Shown: piece after piece, positions 40,133 to 49,969 of the stretch | Layout: each line of letters opens with the position of its first letter | Position numbering within the stretch: the first letter of the stretch is position 1 | Assembly (NCBI GenBank): GCA_016839055.1 | Contig: JAEKNX010000002.1 | Span: 377,451 to 441,450 of the forward strand | From: Spirochaetales bacterium | GTDB lineage: Bacteria > Spirochaetota > Spirochaetia > UBA9216 | Direction of reading: 5' to 3' | DNA length: 64,000 nt | Notes under the pieces: generated by a model | Seen by the model: the letters and a program-made list of their open reading frames with translations, nothing else | What the model was told of the DNA's origin: nothing | Database searches by the model: none | Translations under genes and position numbers: made by a program

Positions 40133-40489
40133 TTTAATCTCCCTTTTTTATAGATTTTCCTCTTGATTTTCAAATGAGGTCTATTTGAACTATCAGGATT
40201 GTTTCTAATTTTGCGCAAACATAATTTGCTTATTGTCTTTTGCGGAGACTATTACAAGTTGTCGATAGGGTCAATAGTTAAGTTGGGAATACGGTAAAAA
40301 TTTAACGAATTAAGTCGATTTGCTTAACGCAAGAAATATTATGTCTGAAGGGCATAGGTTAACGCAAAGTCCACAGCCTTAACAATTATTTAATTTGAGG
40401 CAAGACTGGTGACGTCTGAGGGTGAGCTTTAACCATGCTCTCACCATCTTGTCCTCTAGTCAGTCTATAATCAAACTTATATTCATGAG

Positions 40490-41110
40490 TCATGATTGAG
40501 GATCCAACCTGGCTCTGGACAGGATCCCGACGAGGTAACCGCCGAGAAAGGCTGCGTCTTCGGCAGGCAGGAAATTCGTTATATTATCAGAATAAAGAAT
40601 ATTGGCTTCTAAAGGGAACTCGTCATCGGCCTTAAAGATTTGAACAACCATATCAATCTTCGGAAAAACAGGGATAACCACTGAATAGTCTCCGGTGATC
40701 CACTTTTTCCCGCCAAGTGATGCACCAGCCTCGAGCAGCTCTTCGGGTCTTTTTATGAAATTGCTGATAAGTTTATCCAGAGCCCTCTGTTGAAACGACT
40801 TGAAATAAAACATGCCGCCCGGAATTCCTCTGAAACTGATGAATTCTCCCCTCACCGGGTTCTCGTCCATGGAGGTTAGGTAATGCAGAATAAGCACCTG
40901 CACAATGATTGGAACACCCTTGGTGATAAAACGAACTTCGGGCATGCTTATCTCATAAATCCCACTGAGAAAAGCAATTTTATAGGTTCCGTTTTCAAAT
41001 ATTGCTCCGGTTTTCCGGCATATTTCACCCGATTTTGCATTCTCAAGGATACAAGCCGCTTTATCATAGGCAACGAGCAGACTGTTCTCTATCTGCCTTG
41101 TGTTCGACAT
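40490..41110 (-). CDS. DUF3786 domain protein.
   Basis: 206 aa. Shares distributed sequence similarity with the paralog at 56628..57266. This family is recurrently found near corrinoid/acetyl-CoA pathway genes. Confidence 0.5.
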   Translation of the reverse strand: MSNTRQIENSLLVAYDKAACILENAKSGEICRKTGAIFENGTYKIAFLSGIYEISMPEVRFITKGVPIIVQVLILHYLTSMDENPVRGEFISFRGIPGGMFYFKSFQQRALDKLISNFIKRPEELLEAGASLGGKKWITGDYSVVIPVFPKIDMVVQIFKADDEFPLEANILYSDNITNFLPAEDAAFLGGYLVGILSRARLDPQS

Positions 41111-41265
41111 ATTCCCTCCATGAATACAAAGAATCTTCAGTATTTAAGGTTAGGGTGGGGTAAGTGAATTGTCAATTTATATTTTTAGAAGTTTTGCTTC
41201 TCAAAGTAAAGTATAGTATAATACAACGATATTGATTGTGTTTTTCCATTTTATGAGGAGTAAAT

Positions 41266-41952
41266 ATGAAAGATATTAAGAATGATCCCGCATTTGTAGA
41301 GGGGATGGAAGCTTTCTTGATGGGTGATTGGTCAGCTGCAAAAGATTCTTTTATGCAGCTGGAAAAACATTTCCCCGAGAATGATCATGTCATTTTCATT
41401 CTGGGTAATATCTATTATTCTCTAGGAGTACTGGATAAATCTATCGAATACTATAAAAAAACCATCGAGATTAGCGATGGCGATGTCTGCGGAAATGCCT
41501 ACTATAAAATAGGGGTAAGTTATTTTAAAATGGGGAAATTCACCGAAGCCCTGCAGGCATTCAAGCAGTCAATTCAGGCCGAGAAATCACAGCATGTCAT
41601 GGTTTATTATTATCTTGGGTTAATTTCCACTCACCTGGGCAATGATGAGCAGGCTATCAAATACTTTGATAAACTGCGTCTTGCGTCTCCCCAGACGAAA
41701 ATGGCTATATTTATTGAAGCTCAGTTAAAGGTGAAAAGACACGAGTTTGAAACGGCAATTGAATTGCTGCTGCAATTTCTGGAAGTTTCGCCTGAATTTG
41801 CCGAAGCCCATCACCTGCTCGGTGCAGCATATATGGGTCTGTATCAAAATATGAAAGCGCTCCGCTGCTTCAGAAAGGCTGTGGAATTGAATCCGGCTGA
41901 TAAAAGAAGTGCTATGGAAATTTCCAGACTATCTACTACCGACTGGCCTTAA
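41266..41952 (+). CDS. Tetratricopeptide repeat protein.
   Basis: Repeated 34-residue TPR-like units (e.g. AYYKIGVSYFKMGKFTEALQAFKQ). Confidence 0.6.
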   Translation: MKDIKNDPAFVEGMEAFLMGDWSAAKDSFMQLEKHFPENDHVIFILGNIYYSLGVLDKSIEYYKKTIEISDGDVCGNAYYKIGVSYFKMGKFTEALQAFKQSIQAEKSQHVMVYYYLGLISTHLGNDEQAIKYFDKLRLASPQTKMAIFIEAQLKVKRHEFETAIELLLQFLEVSPEFAEAHHLLGAAYMGLYQNMKALRCFRKAVELNPADKRSAMEISRLSTTDWP

Positions 41953-41962
41953 TTTGTAGTTT

Positions 41963-42745
41963 CTATCTTCTGAAAGCCTCCAGATAGGAATCAGCGTAGA
42001 TAGTCCGGTTCATAATGAGATCAGCCGTCAGAATTGCATTGACAAGTTCGGTATCGTTGACATTCAGTATCACTGCGTCCAGGCCGTGGGCAATTAACAT
42101 TGATACAAATATACGGTTTATTAGTCCTTTTTGAGTTGTGCCGTTAGAAATATTGCTCAATCCGCATACAATATGACAGGGCGGATCAGTAAAAAGTCCG
42201 AACTGGGAAGCTGCATTTAATATTTCAACCGACTGATCCTGCATGAACTTCAGGGGCATGATAATTGGATCAAGAAACAATCTGTCCGGGGGAATATCGT
42301 ATTCCATGAATTTGGCCACTATGGTTCCGGCATGCTCAATCCGTTTGTCGGCAGTGGTCGGACTTCCGCTTTCATCCATTACGAGGCCTATTATCGAAGC
42401 TTTATATTCTGCCACTATCGGCAGTAGCTCATCCAGCTTTTTCTCATCTGCTATTACCGAGTTAACCAGGGGCGGTTTTCTGCAGATGGGTATAGCCTCT
42501 TTAAGCATAACAAATTTGTTGTTGTCGATGGATATCGGCAGATCGACTTCTTCCTGCACCTGTTCAATCATCCAGCAGAGATCTTCGGGTTTATTCGAAA
42601 CCGCCCCCAGATTGACATCCAGATAATCGGCTTTCGCGTCGGCCTGCTGTCTTGCACATTCTTTTATTACATCACCGTCCTTATTCAGTACGGCCTCCTT
42701 GATTTTTTTAAAGCCTGTATTGATTCGCTCTCCTATCAGTATCAT
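41963..42745 (-). CDS. acsE: Methyltetrahydrofolate:corrinoid/iron-sulfur protein Co-methyltransferase.
   Basis: 260 aa. Pterin-binding TIM-barrel profile (MILIGERINTG...DYLDVN...). Position in the acs operon. Confidence 0.8.
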   Translation of the reverse strand: MILIGERINTGFKKIKEAVLNKDGDVIKECARQQADAKADYLDVNLGAVSNKPEDLCWMIEQVQEEVDLPISIDNNKFVMLKEAIPICRKPPLVNSVIADEKKLDELLPIVAEYKASIIGLVMDESGSPTTADKRIEHAGTIVAKFMEYDIPPDRLFLDPIIMPLKFMQDQSVEILNAASQFGLFTDPPCHIVCGLSNISNGTTQKGLINRIFVSMLIAHGLDAVILNVNDTELVNAILTADLIMNRTIYADSYLEAFRR

Positions 42746-42758
42746 TTTTATCCTCCTG

Positions 42759-43706
42759 TTATTGAATGATCTCGCGGATTGTCCGAATTGCTTCCGGATG
42801 CGCCATTATCAGGATGTCAGCCCCTGCCTGAAGGTAGCCTTCGGCACAGACCGCTTCCCACATGGGCCCCCGCTTTCGGGCCTCTCCCCATCCTTCAAGA
42901 ATGTCCTCGCCGACGGTTGCCTCTTTAGTGCGCCACACTTCTTCTCCTACATCGCATAACTGAGGTCGGGCCATTAGTTTATCTCCCTGCAGGCCTGCGC
43001 TGCGTGCCCGTTCCATTATTGTATAAACATAATCAAAGCCGTAACCGAGGGCCGCGGTTGTCTGGAACATGACAATATCATCAAGGCTGAAACCATTGTC
43101 ATCCAGGAGGATATTTACCTGTTTACCGATATTGATATCGACCGGGGCTTCTGATATGAGTTTATGTTTATCAGCCTTGCATATGGCCGCCATGGTTAAA
43201 TAATTTGACTCTGTTGCCGAACCCATCAGACAATTTTCACCCCGGGCAGCCTGTGAGCACTCCTGCAATATCAATCTGTCTTTTTCTTCATTTCCGCTGC
43301 CCCAGATTATAAGAGGAACATCGACGGTCTTAAGAAGATCCTCAATAAGTCCGGCACATTCTTCGGGTGATTTGTCTTTGGTTTCTGCGAGTCCTCCCCT
43401 CAATTTAATACTGATAAGGTTGACTCCGAATTCTTCCACAGCCTTCTGTGCCCACTCGAGGGGAGAATTTATTTCACTGCCAATTGCTTCTTTCAGGAAA
43501 TCCGGCCAATCAGGGACGATGTCGGATATATAACCGGCAATCACAGGAGGGTGAGGTGATTCTCCGTCAAATGACAGATGAGGCATAGCGCTCTGGCCGC
43601 CTATTGTAATGGTACTGCCCCTTGTTCCACCGTCGGCCTTAAGTGCGCCGATGGTAACAGTGCTGATGCGTGATTTGCTGGTTGTTCTTATTTCAGGTAT
43701 TTTCAT
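42759..43706 (-). CDS. acsD: Corrinoid iron-sulfur protein small subunit (CdhD-like).
   Basis: 315 aa TIM-barrel CFeSP small-subunit profile. Overlaps cooC by 14 nt. Confidence 0.8.
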   Translation of the reverse strand: MKIPEIRTTSKSRISTVTIGALKADGGTRGSTITIGGQSAMPHLSFDGESPHPPVIAGYISDIVPDWPDFLKEAIGSEINSPLEWAQKAVEEFGVNLISIKLRGGLAETKDKSPEECAGLIEDLLKTVDVPLIIWGSGNEEKDRLILQECSQAARGENCLMGSATESNYLTMAAICKADKHKLISEAPVDINIGKQVNILLDDNGFSLDDIVMFQTTAALGYGFDYVYTIMERARSAGLQGDKLMARPQLCDVGEEVWRTKEATVGEDILEGWGEARKRGPMWEAVCAEGYLQAGADILIMAHPEAIRTIREIIQ

Positions 43707-44460
43707 TATTGCCTCCTATTTTTTCTATAATCCGGTCAATTGCCGAGAGCACGGCTTTGCTCTTTAAACTGCTGATCGGCAGACTATTAAACACCAGGTC
43801 TTCAATTTCTTCCTCTTTTGGAATATCTGTAAGGAAATCCATACCCAGTTCATCGATTCTTTTATGAACCTCATCGAGTCTGTTTTTATTTACCATGGAG
43901 CTGACAACAAAGGTATTGGTTATTCGGCCATTCATTTCGGATACAATATCCTTTATTTTTGCCGCGCAGCTGAAGGATAGGGGGCTCTCGCTGACCACAA
44001 CAATCAAGGCATCGATGTTTGTCGTGGTACGCCGGCTAAGATGTTCAAGCCCCGCCTCATTATCAATTACTACCCAGCGGTAAGAGGGGGTCAGATCATC
44101 ACAGAACTTCCTTATCAGGCTGTTAATATAGCAATAGCAGCTCGCGCCCTCACCCTTGCCCATGGTAACAAGATCCCATCCTTCACGCTCTTCAATAATC
44201 TGATGCAGCCCGGATTCGATGTAATTCGCCTTGGTCATGCCTGCGGGGAATTCCTTTATGGTCTTAAGAAGATCCTCCCGTAGATCTCCGATTGTCTGTT
44301 CCGGTTCTATTCCAAGCAGAGTTCCCAGATTACAGTCCGGATCGGCGTCTACGGCGAGAACGGGGTTCATTCCTTTGTGGACGAGGCGGCTTATTAAAAG
44401 GGCTGCAATTGTAGATTTACCTGTGCCTCCTTTTCCGGCTACAGCAATGCTTTTTGTCAT
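43693..44460 (-). CDS. cooC: CooC/AcsF-type Ni-insertion ATPase (MinD/ParA fold).
   Basis: Deviant Walker A (AGKGGTGKST). 255 aa. Embedded between the RACo-like gene and acsD. Confidence 0.8.
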   Translation of the reverse strand: MTKSIAVAGKGGTGKSTIAALLISRLVHKGMNPVLAVDADPDCNLGTLLGIEPEQTIGDLREDLLKTIKEFPAGMTKANYIESGLHQIIEEREGWDLVTMGKGEGASCYCYINSLIRKFCDDLTPSYRWVVIDNEAGLEHLSRRTTTNIDALIVVVSESPLSFSCAAKIKDIVSEMNGRITNTFVVSSMVNKNRLDEVHKRIDELGMDFLTDIPKEEEIEDLVFNSLPISSLKSKAVLSAIDRIIEKIGGNNENT

Positions 44461-46328
44461 GAAATTGCCCTCCAGTAATCAATATCAGTATGAGGCAGAA
44501 ACATGGCTTTTTTGAATTCCTCGACGTAATCATCGGCTCCGAGCAAATCATAATAGGTTGTTGCGCTGCGTATTCTTGTAAGTTCATTGAAGGCTTCCTG
44601 ATAGAAGGCTGCCAATTTTGCTCCCTTGATGGATGTGTTACCGGAAAATTTAAATTTATCCAGAGGCAGAGGCGGCAGAAGCCCGATATTTATTGCATTT
44701 TCAATATTGAGATAATAGCCGAAGGCTCCTGCAATGTAGAAAGTATCGAGATCACTGAATTTTAGTGATAAACGCTGCATTATGATGGTGATGGCCGCAA
44801 AAATAGCAGCCTTGGCGGTTATAATATTTTCAATGTCCTTTTCTGTAAGATAAATACTGTTATCCTCTTGGTTAGTTTCTTCAACCAAAACAAAACGCCT
44901 TTTATTGGCTTCACCTGTTTCTGAGGTTCGGTTCTCATCGATGAACCGGCCGGAGCGATCAATAATCTTTTCATTAAGAAGGACACTCAAGAGATCTATG
45001 ATACCGGAGCCGCAAATTCCGATTGGTGGCTGCTTATTTATTGTCGAATACTTAATAATACCGGATTCGACAAAAACCTTATCCACGGCACCCGGTTCAG
45101 CACGCATGCCGCATTCGACACTTGCTCCTTCCAGCGCCGGTCCTGCGGAAGCCGAGGTGGCTACCAGCCAATCTCTGTTTCCGAGAATCACTTCCCCATT
45201 TGTCCCTATGTCTATGAGGAGCCCAAGCTCTTTCTTTTTGTACATTTGAACTGCCAGAATTCCGGCGGTCAGATCACTTCCTACCCAGCCGCTGATGCCG
45301 GGAAGTGAATAAAGCAGGCCGCGCTTGTTGACCTTCAATCCTACTTCGGAAGCCCGGAGTGGGGGCGGTTCGACGGTTACGGGGATAAATGGCTTACGTC
45401 GGATATTATTGGTCGAAAGATCAAGCAGGAAATGCTCCATAGCGGTATTCCCGGCACAGACAACAGCGTTAATATTCTTAATGTCCACATTGTTTCTTTC
45501 GCACAGCATAACGATTAGTCTGTTGATATCATCCACAAGTAATTTCTGCAGCACTTTTACACTTTTTCGTTCCGCGTGGATCATTCGGCCTGTGACCTCA
45601 CTCCCGTGAATCGATTGACTGTTGTAACATGATGCTGAATCGACAGTGGTTCTGGGATGTGCATTGACCAGATGGGCAACCACTGTGGTGGTTCCCATAT
45701 CTACAATAACCATATAGTTCGATGATTCTGTGTCGCCGCCTTCGATATTCATGATCTCGGCGATGTCTCTGCGCAGCCCCACTGTAATGGTTACTTTGTA
45801 ATTATTGTTACGGAGAACCTTCGGCAGTATTTTTATTATTTTCAGTCCCATCTGCATGGTAGGTATATTAAGACGTTTTTTTACGCCGTTTGAAACCAGT
45901 TGATGATCAGCCTGGCCCGAAAAGATAGTAGGCGGTTCAAATTCAATATAAATTTTAGTAACAACCGGGAGGGTTTTATAATGCAGCTCATTGATGTGAG
46001 GTTTATCTTCTTCGCCGAAATTTTCCGAGACTGGAGTGCTGTTGCCTTCTCCCCGGTGTTTTTTTGGTATCTCTACTGTCAGATCTTTATACACAAGGCT
46101 CAAACAGGCCAGCACCCATCCTTTTTTAATCTGAGCTTCATTAAAAGGCCATGAAACCTTGTCCGGAATATCTCCTTCTAAAATGATCATTTTGCATTTA
46201 CCGCATATTCCCTCACCGCCGCAGTTAGTATTCACCTCCAGGCCGGCTTTGCGGGCGGCTTCCAAAAGGGAAGTGCCGCTGCGTACGCTGACTGACTTGT
46301 TCGAAGGATAGAATTTAACTGAATGCAT
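44457..46328 (-). CDS. Reductive activator of corrinoid protein (RACo/AcsV-like). N-terminal plant-type [2Fe-2S] ferredoxin domain plus an ASKHA ATPase domain (DUF4445).
   Basis: N-terminal ...NCGGEGICGKCK... [2Fe-2S] ferredoxin motif. About 620 aa. The start ATG at 46328 overlaps the acsC stop (TAATG) and has a GGGGGA RBS. Confidence 0.7.
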   Translation of the reverse strand: MHSVKFYPSNKSVSVRSGTSLLEAARKAGLEVNTNCGGEGICGKCKMIILEGDIPDKVSWPFNEAQIKKGWVLACLSLVYKDLTVEIPKKHRGEGNSTPVSENFGEEDKPHINELHYKTLPVVTKIYIEFEPPTIFSGQADHQLVSNGVKKRLNIPTMQMGLKIIKILPKVLRNNNYKVTITVGLRRDIAEIMNIEGGDTESSNYMVIVDMGTTTVVAHLVNAHPRTTVDSASCYNSQSIHGSEVTGRMIHAERKSVKVLQKLLVDDINRLIVMLCERNNVDIKNINAVVCAGNTAMEHFLLDLSTNNIRRKPFIPVTVEPPPLRASEVGLKVNKRGLLYSLPGISGWVGSDLTAGILAVQMYKKKELGLLIDIGTNGEVILGNRDWLVATSASAGPALEGASVECGMRAEPGAVDKVFVESGIIKYSTINKQPPIGICGSGIIDLLSVLLNEKIIDRSGRFIDENRTSETGEANKRRFVLVEETNQEDNSIYLTEKDIENIITAKAAIFAAITIIMQRLSLKFSDLDTFYIAGAFGYYLNIENAINIGLLPPLPLDKFKFSGNTSIKGAKLAAFYQEAFNELTRIRSATTYYDLLGADDYVEEFKKAMFLPHTDIDYWRAIS

Positions 46329-47665
46329 TATTTCCCCCAAATTCTATTCAGAAATCCCGGAATCTCTTTTGCCGTTTCAGGACCTATTATTACCTCCTTC
46401 CATTCAGAGAGGTCTTCAATTTCCGCCTTGAAAACCGGCAGAAGCCCCGGAATGATCAGTTTTCGGTGTTTTACTTTTTCAGCAACCTTCTGGTCTTTGA
46501 GAGCCTTTAATATCTTTTCGACTGATATTTTGTCACCCGCCCAGGAGTTGAGCACTCCGAGACCCTCGGTTTCAACAACACAGATATAGGATGGTATTTT
46601 ACTTCTTTCCACTTCACCGGCTACACTGAAGTAGGTGAGGGAAAAGTTCGTTGTATACATTACCGGAGAGTTTTCATTGGGACTGCCGATTTCGTATAAT
46701 TTTGCTTCCACAGTATTGGGTACCTGTGGGTCGGTATATATGTCCTGAATAATAGTCAGATTGGGTGTCACCTGCCAGGCTTCCCGGCCCTTGATTAGTA
46801 CAATTCCGGAATATTTTGCCGCTGCCGCCGCAATTAAGACAGTCTCTATTTCTTCCGAATCACTTTCGAATTCACTGATTATCGGATAGCCGAAGGGACG
46901 GAATTTATTAATCAGGGCCGACCGTCTTACATGGGTTGAAAATCTGACAGCCTCTCCGATGTTCCCGCCCTTGAAGGAAAGAAGCATGTCTTCAACCCCG
47001 GCATCCTTTGCCTTGAGCGTGAAGTCGGCCAATTCTTCTAAGGTTCCGGCCGAGACTGCAAGGGGAAGTTTATTATCAGCCGCTATTTTAATAAAGTCAT
47101 CAATATTAGCGGCGGTCGCCCGGTATATAAGCGGCCTCTTGTCTTTAATGGCCGCTGCCGCCGTACTCATGGGAAGAGGATCTTCACCGGAGAGAATAAT
47201 CGGCAGACGGCTTTTATCTGCGGCGGTTTGTGCTCTTTCGGCCGGATTGCTGCAACCGTCCAGATCTATGGCACAGAACTCAACTTTTATTTCCTTGCCG
47301 ACCCTCGTGAAATTCCGGCTGTTTATCTCGTCTATACCACTTTCTAGTTCAGCAATAGAAAGATTGGCGGCAAGCTTGACGGCAAGGCCGCATTTTCGGT
47401 GAAACTTTTCTTCATGGCGATACATTACAGTTTCCTGGCCTGTTTCGAAGACTGTATCTCCGGATCCTATCTTCACCAGTTTCATGGGAGGTGAGGATTG
47501 CTCAGAAAGAGCCACTGTGGCTTCTTCAGAAATATCCGGGCAATCTGAGATTGCCTTCTGCTTCGCGGCAACCTGCATTGCAAAGGCCATACAGGTGGGA
47601 AAACCACATTTCTTACAGTTTGTCCTTGGAAGCTGTTTGTAGATTTGCATTCCTGTCAGTGCCAT
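46328..47665 (-). CDS. acsC: Corrinoid iron-sulfur protein large subunit.
   Basis: N-terminal [4Fe-4S] motif (CKKCGFPTCMAF...C). TIM-barrel plus C-terminal B12-binding region. 445 aa. Confidence 0.85.
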   Translation of the reverse strand: MALTGMQIYKQLPRTNCKKCGFPTCMAFAMQVAAKQKAISDCPDISEEATVALSEQSSPPMKLVKIGSGDTVFETGQETVMYRHEEKFHRKCGLAVKLAANLSIAELESGIDEINSRNFTRVGKEIKVEFCAIDLDGCSNPAERAQTAADKSRLPIILSGEDPLPMSTAAAAIKDKRPLIYRATAANIDDFIKIAADNKLPLAVSAGTLEELADFTLKAKDAGVEDMLLSFKGGNIGEAVRFSTHVRRSALINKFRPFGYPIISEFESDSEEIETVLIAAAAAKYSGIVLIKGREAWQVTPNLTIIQDIYTDPQVPNTVEAKLYEIGSPNENSPVMYTTNFSLTYFSVAGEVERSKIPSYICVVETEGLGVLNSWAGDKISVEKILKALKDQKVAEKVKHRKLIIPGLLPVFKAEIEDLSEWKEVIIGPETAKEIPGFLNRIWGK

Positions 47666-47695
47666 TTAAAAATCCTCCATAAATTAAGAATAGAA

Positions 47696-49912
47696 TTAGA
47701 ACATTTCATCCATTTCAAGAGCCGGGTGAGAAACCTTTTCAAGGAAGGTGACGAGCTCATCCGGTTCTTCGGCATCTTCCTCGGTGGCTATTTTCTCAAA
47801 TAAGTCCGTCAGGCCGTTGCTTTTGAGTCTTTCTTCCAGACGCGGGCCGATTTCATCTTTAAGCTGCTTGCTCATCCAGACGATACGCTGGTGTCCCCCT
47901 TCCGCAGAAATGAATTTATTACTGCTTATGTAGAGTTTACCTATGCCGATAAATCCTGGCACCTGAAGCCCTCCGCCTACCTGACCTGCCAGGGTTGAGA
48001 AGGTCATTCCAATTGGAGTCATACCTGTAAAATCCCGGTCAACAATCATAATCCCGTTTGCTTCCGGGACAATGGCCGCGATGCACTCGAAACAGCCGCA
48101 GGAGGTCATGGGATCTTCCATTATTGAATAAGCATTGAATTTGGCCAGTGTATTATTTGATTTTACTTTGATATAACTGTTGATGCCATCCCACTGTCCC
48201 TTAATCGGATCGATACTATTGCCTTTATTAACCGGCTCGTTTGGCCCATGTTTGTTTATCTGATAGGAAGCTTTGCTGTCCAGCCATGTATAGGCACCGC
48301 AGAGCCCGAGTCTTTCCGGAGTAATTATGCAGACATGATTGGGGGCATAGGACTGACACAGGGTACAGGAGTAAAACTGGTCCACATCTTCATCGGTCAT
48401 TCCGCCTATGCGGTCATCCCTGTCGGCATAGACCTCCCTGGCAATTTTATGAAGCTCTTCCACCTTGGCAGCATCGGTATAGAATTTTATCTGGACCCTG
48501 TCAACGATGGTTGAAAACTCATTATGCATGCGGGCCAGGATGATCTCGCCGAAATCCCTGACGGTGAATCCTTTTGATTGTGCATCCTTACTGATTCTGA
48601 GCCAGATAATGGCCCGCTGACCCATGTGGAATATTCCATTGGCACAGGAGATGAATTCATGCATTCTACGCTCAAGAACAGTCTCAAAGTCTTCCTGGAA
48701 CTCACGGCCGGCAACTTCCACCATCATTGCCAGCGGGTAGGCTTCTCCTTCCTTCATCTCATCTATTTCAGGTCCGATAATTTCTATCTTTCCGTCTTCC
48801 ACCTCAGAGAGAGGTTTCATCCGCAGCAGTTCGAAAGCCTCGGAGAATTTGCCGCCGAACTGTACATACATGTCTTCTTTTCGCACCCGCTCACCCTCAA
48901 AGCCGGCACCGTAAGGTACTGGTATTGGGATGTTTTCCACCTTGACTGTCAGGTCGCGCAGTTCTATTGCCCGGCCGATTATTTCATCGAGTTTAATTCC
49001 GGATATTACATGCTCAAAGTTGCATATTCCCGTGGGCAGTATTTCCGGAATATTTACATCGGAAATGACCGGGAACCCGAAGTTTATAGCTCCGGCGGCG
49101 GTGGCATATTTTTCATCGGTGATCAGCTGATCCTTTCCGGCGTCCTTGTCCGAACCTAAGGCCATGACAAAGGCGTGCACCCGGTCGTTGTTGTACATCA
49201 GAATTTCTCTGGTCGCTTTGGCGCTTCCTGCCTCAATGCCTCCGAAGGTCATGGCAGAGCGGGCGGCGAAATTGAGAGCATGTATTGCGGCTGTTATATC
49301 TTTGCCGAAGGGGACGAGAAAGGTGTCCCAGTTCATTTCAATTCTTTCTTCGGCCAGTTGTTCAGCAATTGATCGTCCATTGGTATTACCGGCAATAAAA
49401 ACGAGAATGTTTTTTTCCTGCAGTTCCCTGACAAGCTTTACCGCCTGAGCATTTGTTTCGGTGCAGCCTACTATCGCTGCAAATCCGGGCATTCTGCCGT
49501 CAACAAGTTTAATACCCTGAGAACGAAGAATATTGTCGCCTGAAAATCCCAGCCAGATGTCGTCGACGGAAGCTGCGCCGTTTAAATATTTAAGTGATTC
49601 GATAATTTCCTCTGCAATCAGGGTTGCGACACCCGAATCCAGGGTTTCACCGAGGTAGGGCAGCCATGTTTTTTCAGCAGGAATGGTTCCAAGCAGGCTG
49701 CGGGCCTCCTGGAGGGAAGACTCAAGATCCCCGAGCTGTTTTACCTTCTGCCCCAGAAACAGATACATAATGGGCAGGAAGTAAGCAGTATTGGGATAGG
49801 CTACAATGGATTCTTTCCCGTATTTTTTGACTGCTGTTTCCAGAGCTTCCGAGGCTCTGTCTACCATTTGGTGAGCTCCTCTTATAGCTGCCGTCGCAAT
49901 TATTTTAGACAT
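47696..49912 (-). CDS. acsB: Acetyl-CoA synthase catalytic subunit (A-cluster).
   Basis: 738 aa. Cys-Gly-Cys bridging motif (SCGCFEC) and upstream Cys residues for the [4Fe-4S] cluster. Typical length. Confidence 0.9.
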   Translation of the reverse strand: MSKIIATAAIRGAHQMVDRASEALETAVKKYGKESIVAYPNTAYFLPIMYLFLGQKVKQLGDLESSLQEARSLLGTIPAEKTWLPYLGETLDSGVATLIAEEIIESLKYLNGAASVDDIWLGFSGDNILRSQGIKLVDGRMPGFAAIVGCTETNAQAVKLVRELQEKNILVFIAGNTNGRSIAEQLAEERIEMNWDTFLVPFGKDITAAIHALNFAARSAMTFGGIEAGSAKATREILMYNNDRVHAFVMALGSDKDAGKDQLITDEKYATAAGAINFGFPVISDVNIPEILPTGICNFEHVISGIKLDEIIGRAIELRDLTVKVENIPIPVPYGAGFEGERVRKEDMYVQFGGKFSEAFELLRMKPLSEVEDGKIEIIGPEIDEMKEGEAYPLAMMVEVAGREFQEDFETVLERRMHEFISCANGIFHMGQRAIIWLRISKDAQSKGFTVRDFGEIILARMHNEFSTIVDRVQIKFYTDAAKVEELHKIAREVYADRDDRIGGMTDEDVDQFYSCTLCQSYAPNHVCIITPERLGLCGAYTWLDSKASYQINKHGPNEPVNKGNSIDPIKGQWDGINSYIKVKSNNTLAKFNAYSIMEDPMTSCGCFECIAAIVPEANGIMIVDRDFTGMTPIGMTFSTLAGQVGGGLQVPGFIGIGKLYISSNKFISAEGGHQRIVWMSKQLKDEIGPRLEERLKSNGLTDLFEKIATEEDAEEPDELVTFLEKVSHPALEMDEMF

Positions 49913-49969
49913 AATTCATACCCCCTGAATTATTGTATACTCCAAAGCTTCGAGATTGACCGGGAACAT

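Noticed and set aside
40133-40489. Purine or PyrR riboswitch upstream of the NCS2 permease.
   Set aside because: I could not find the conserved purine-riboswitch core or a UCCAGAGAGGCU PyrR box on the sense strand. It is left as unexplained repeats; see the findings.
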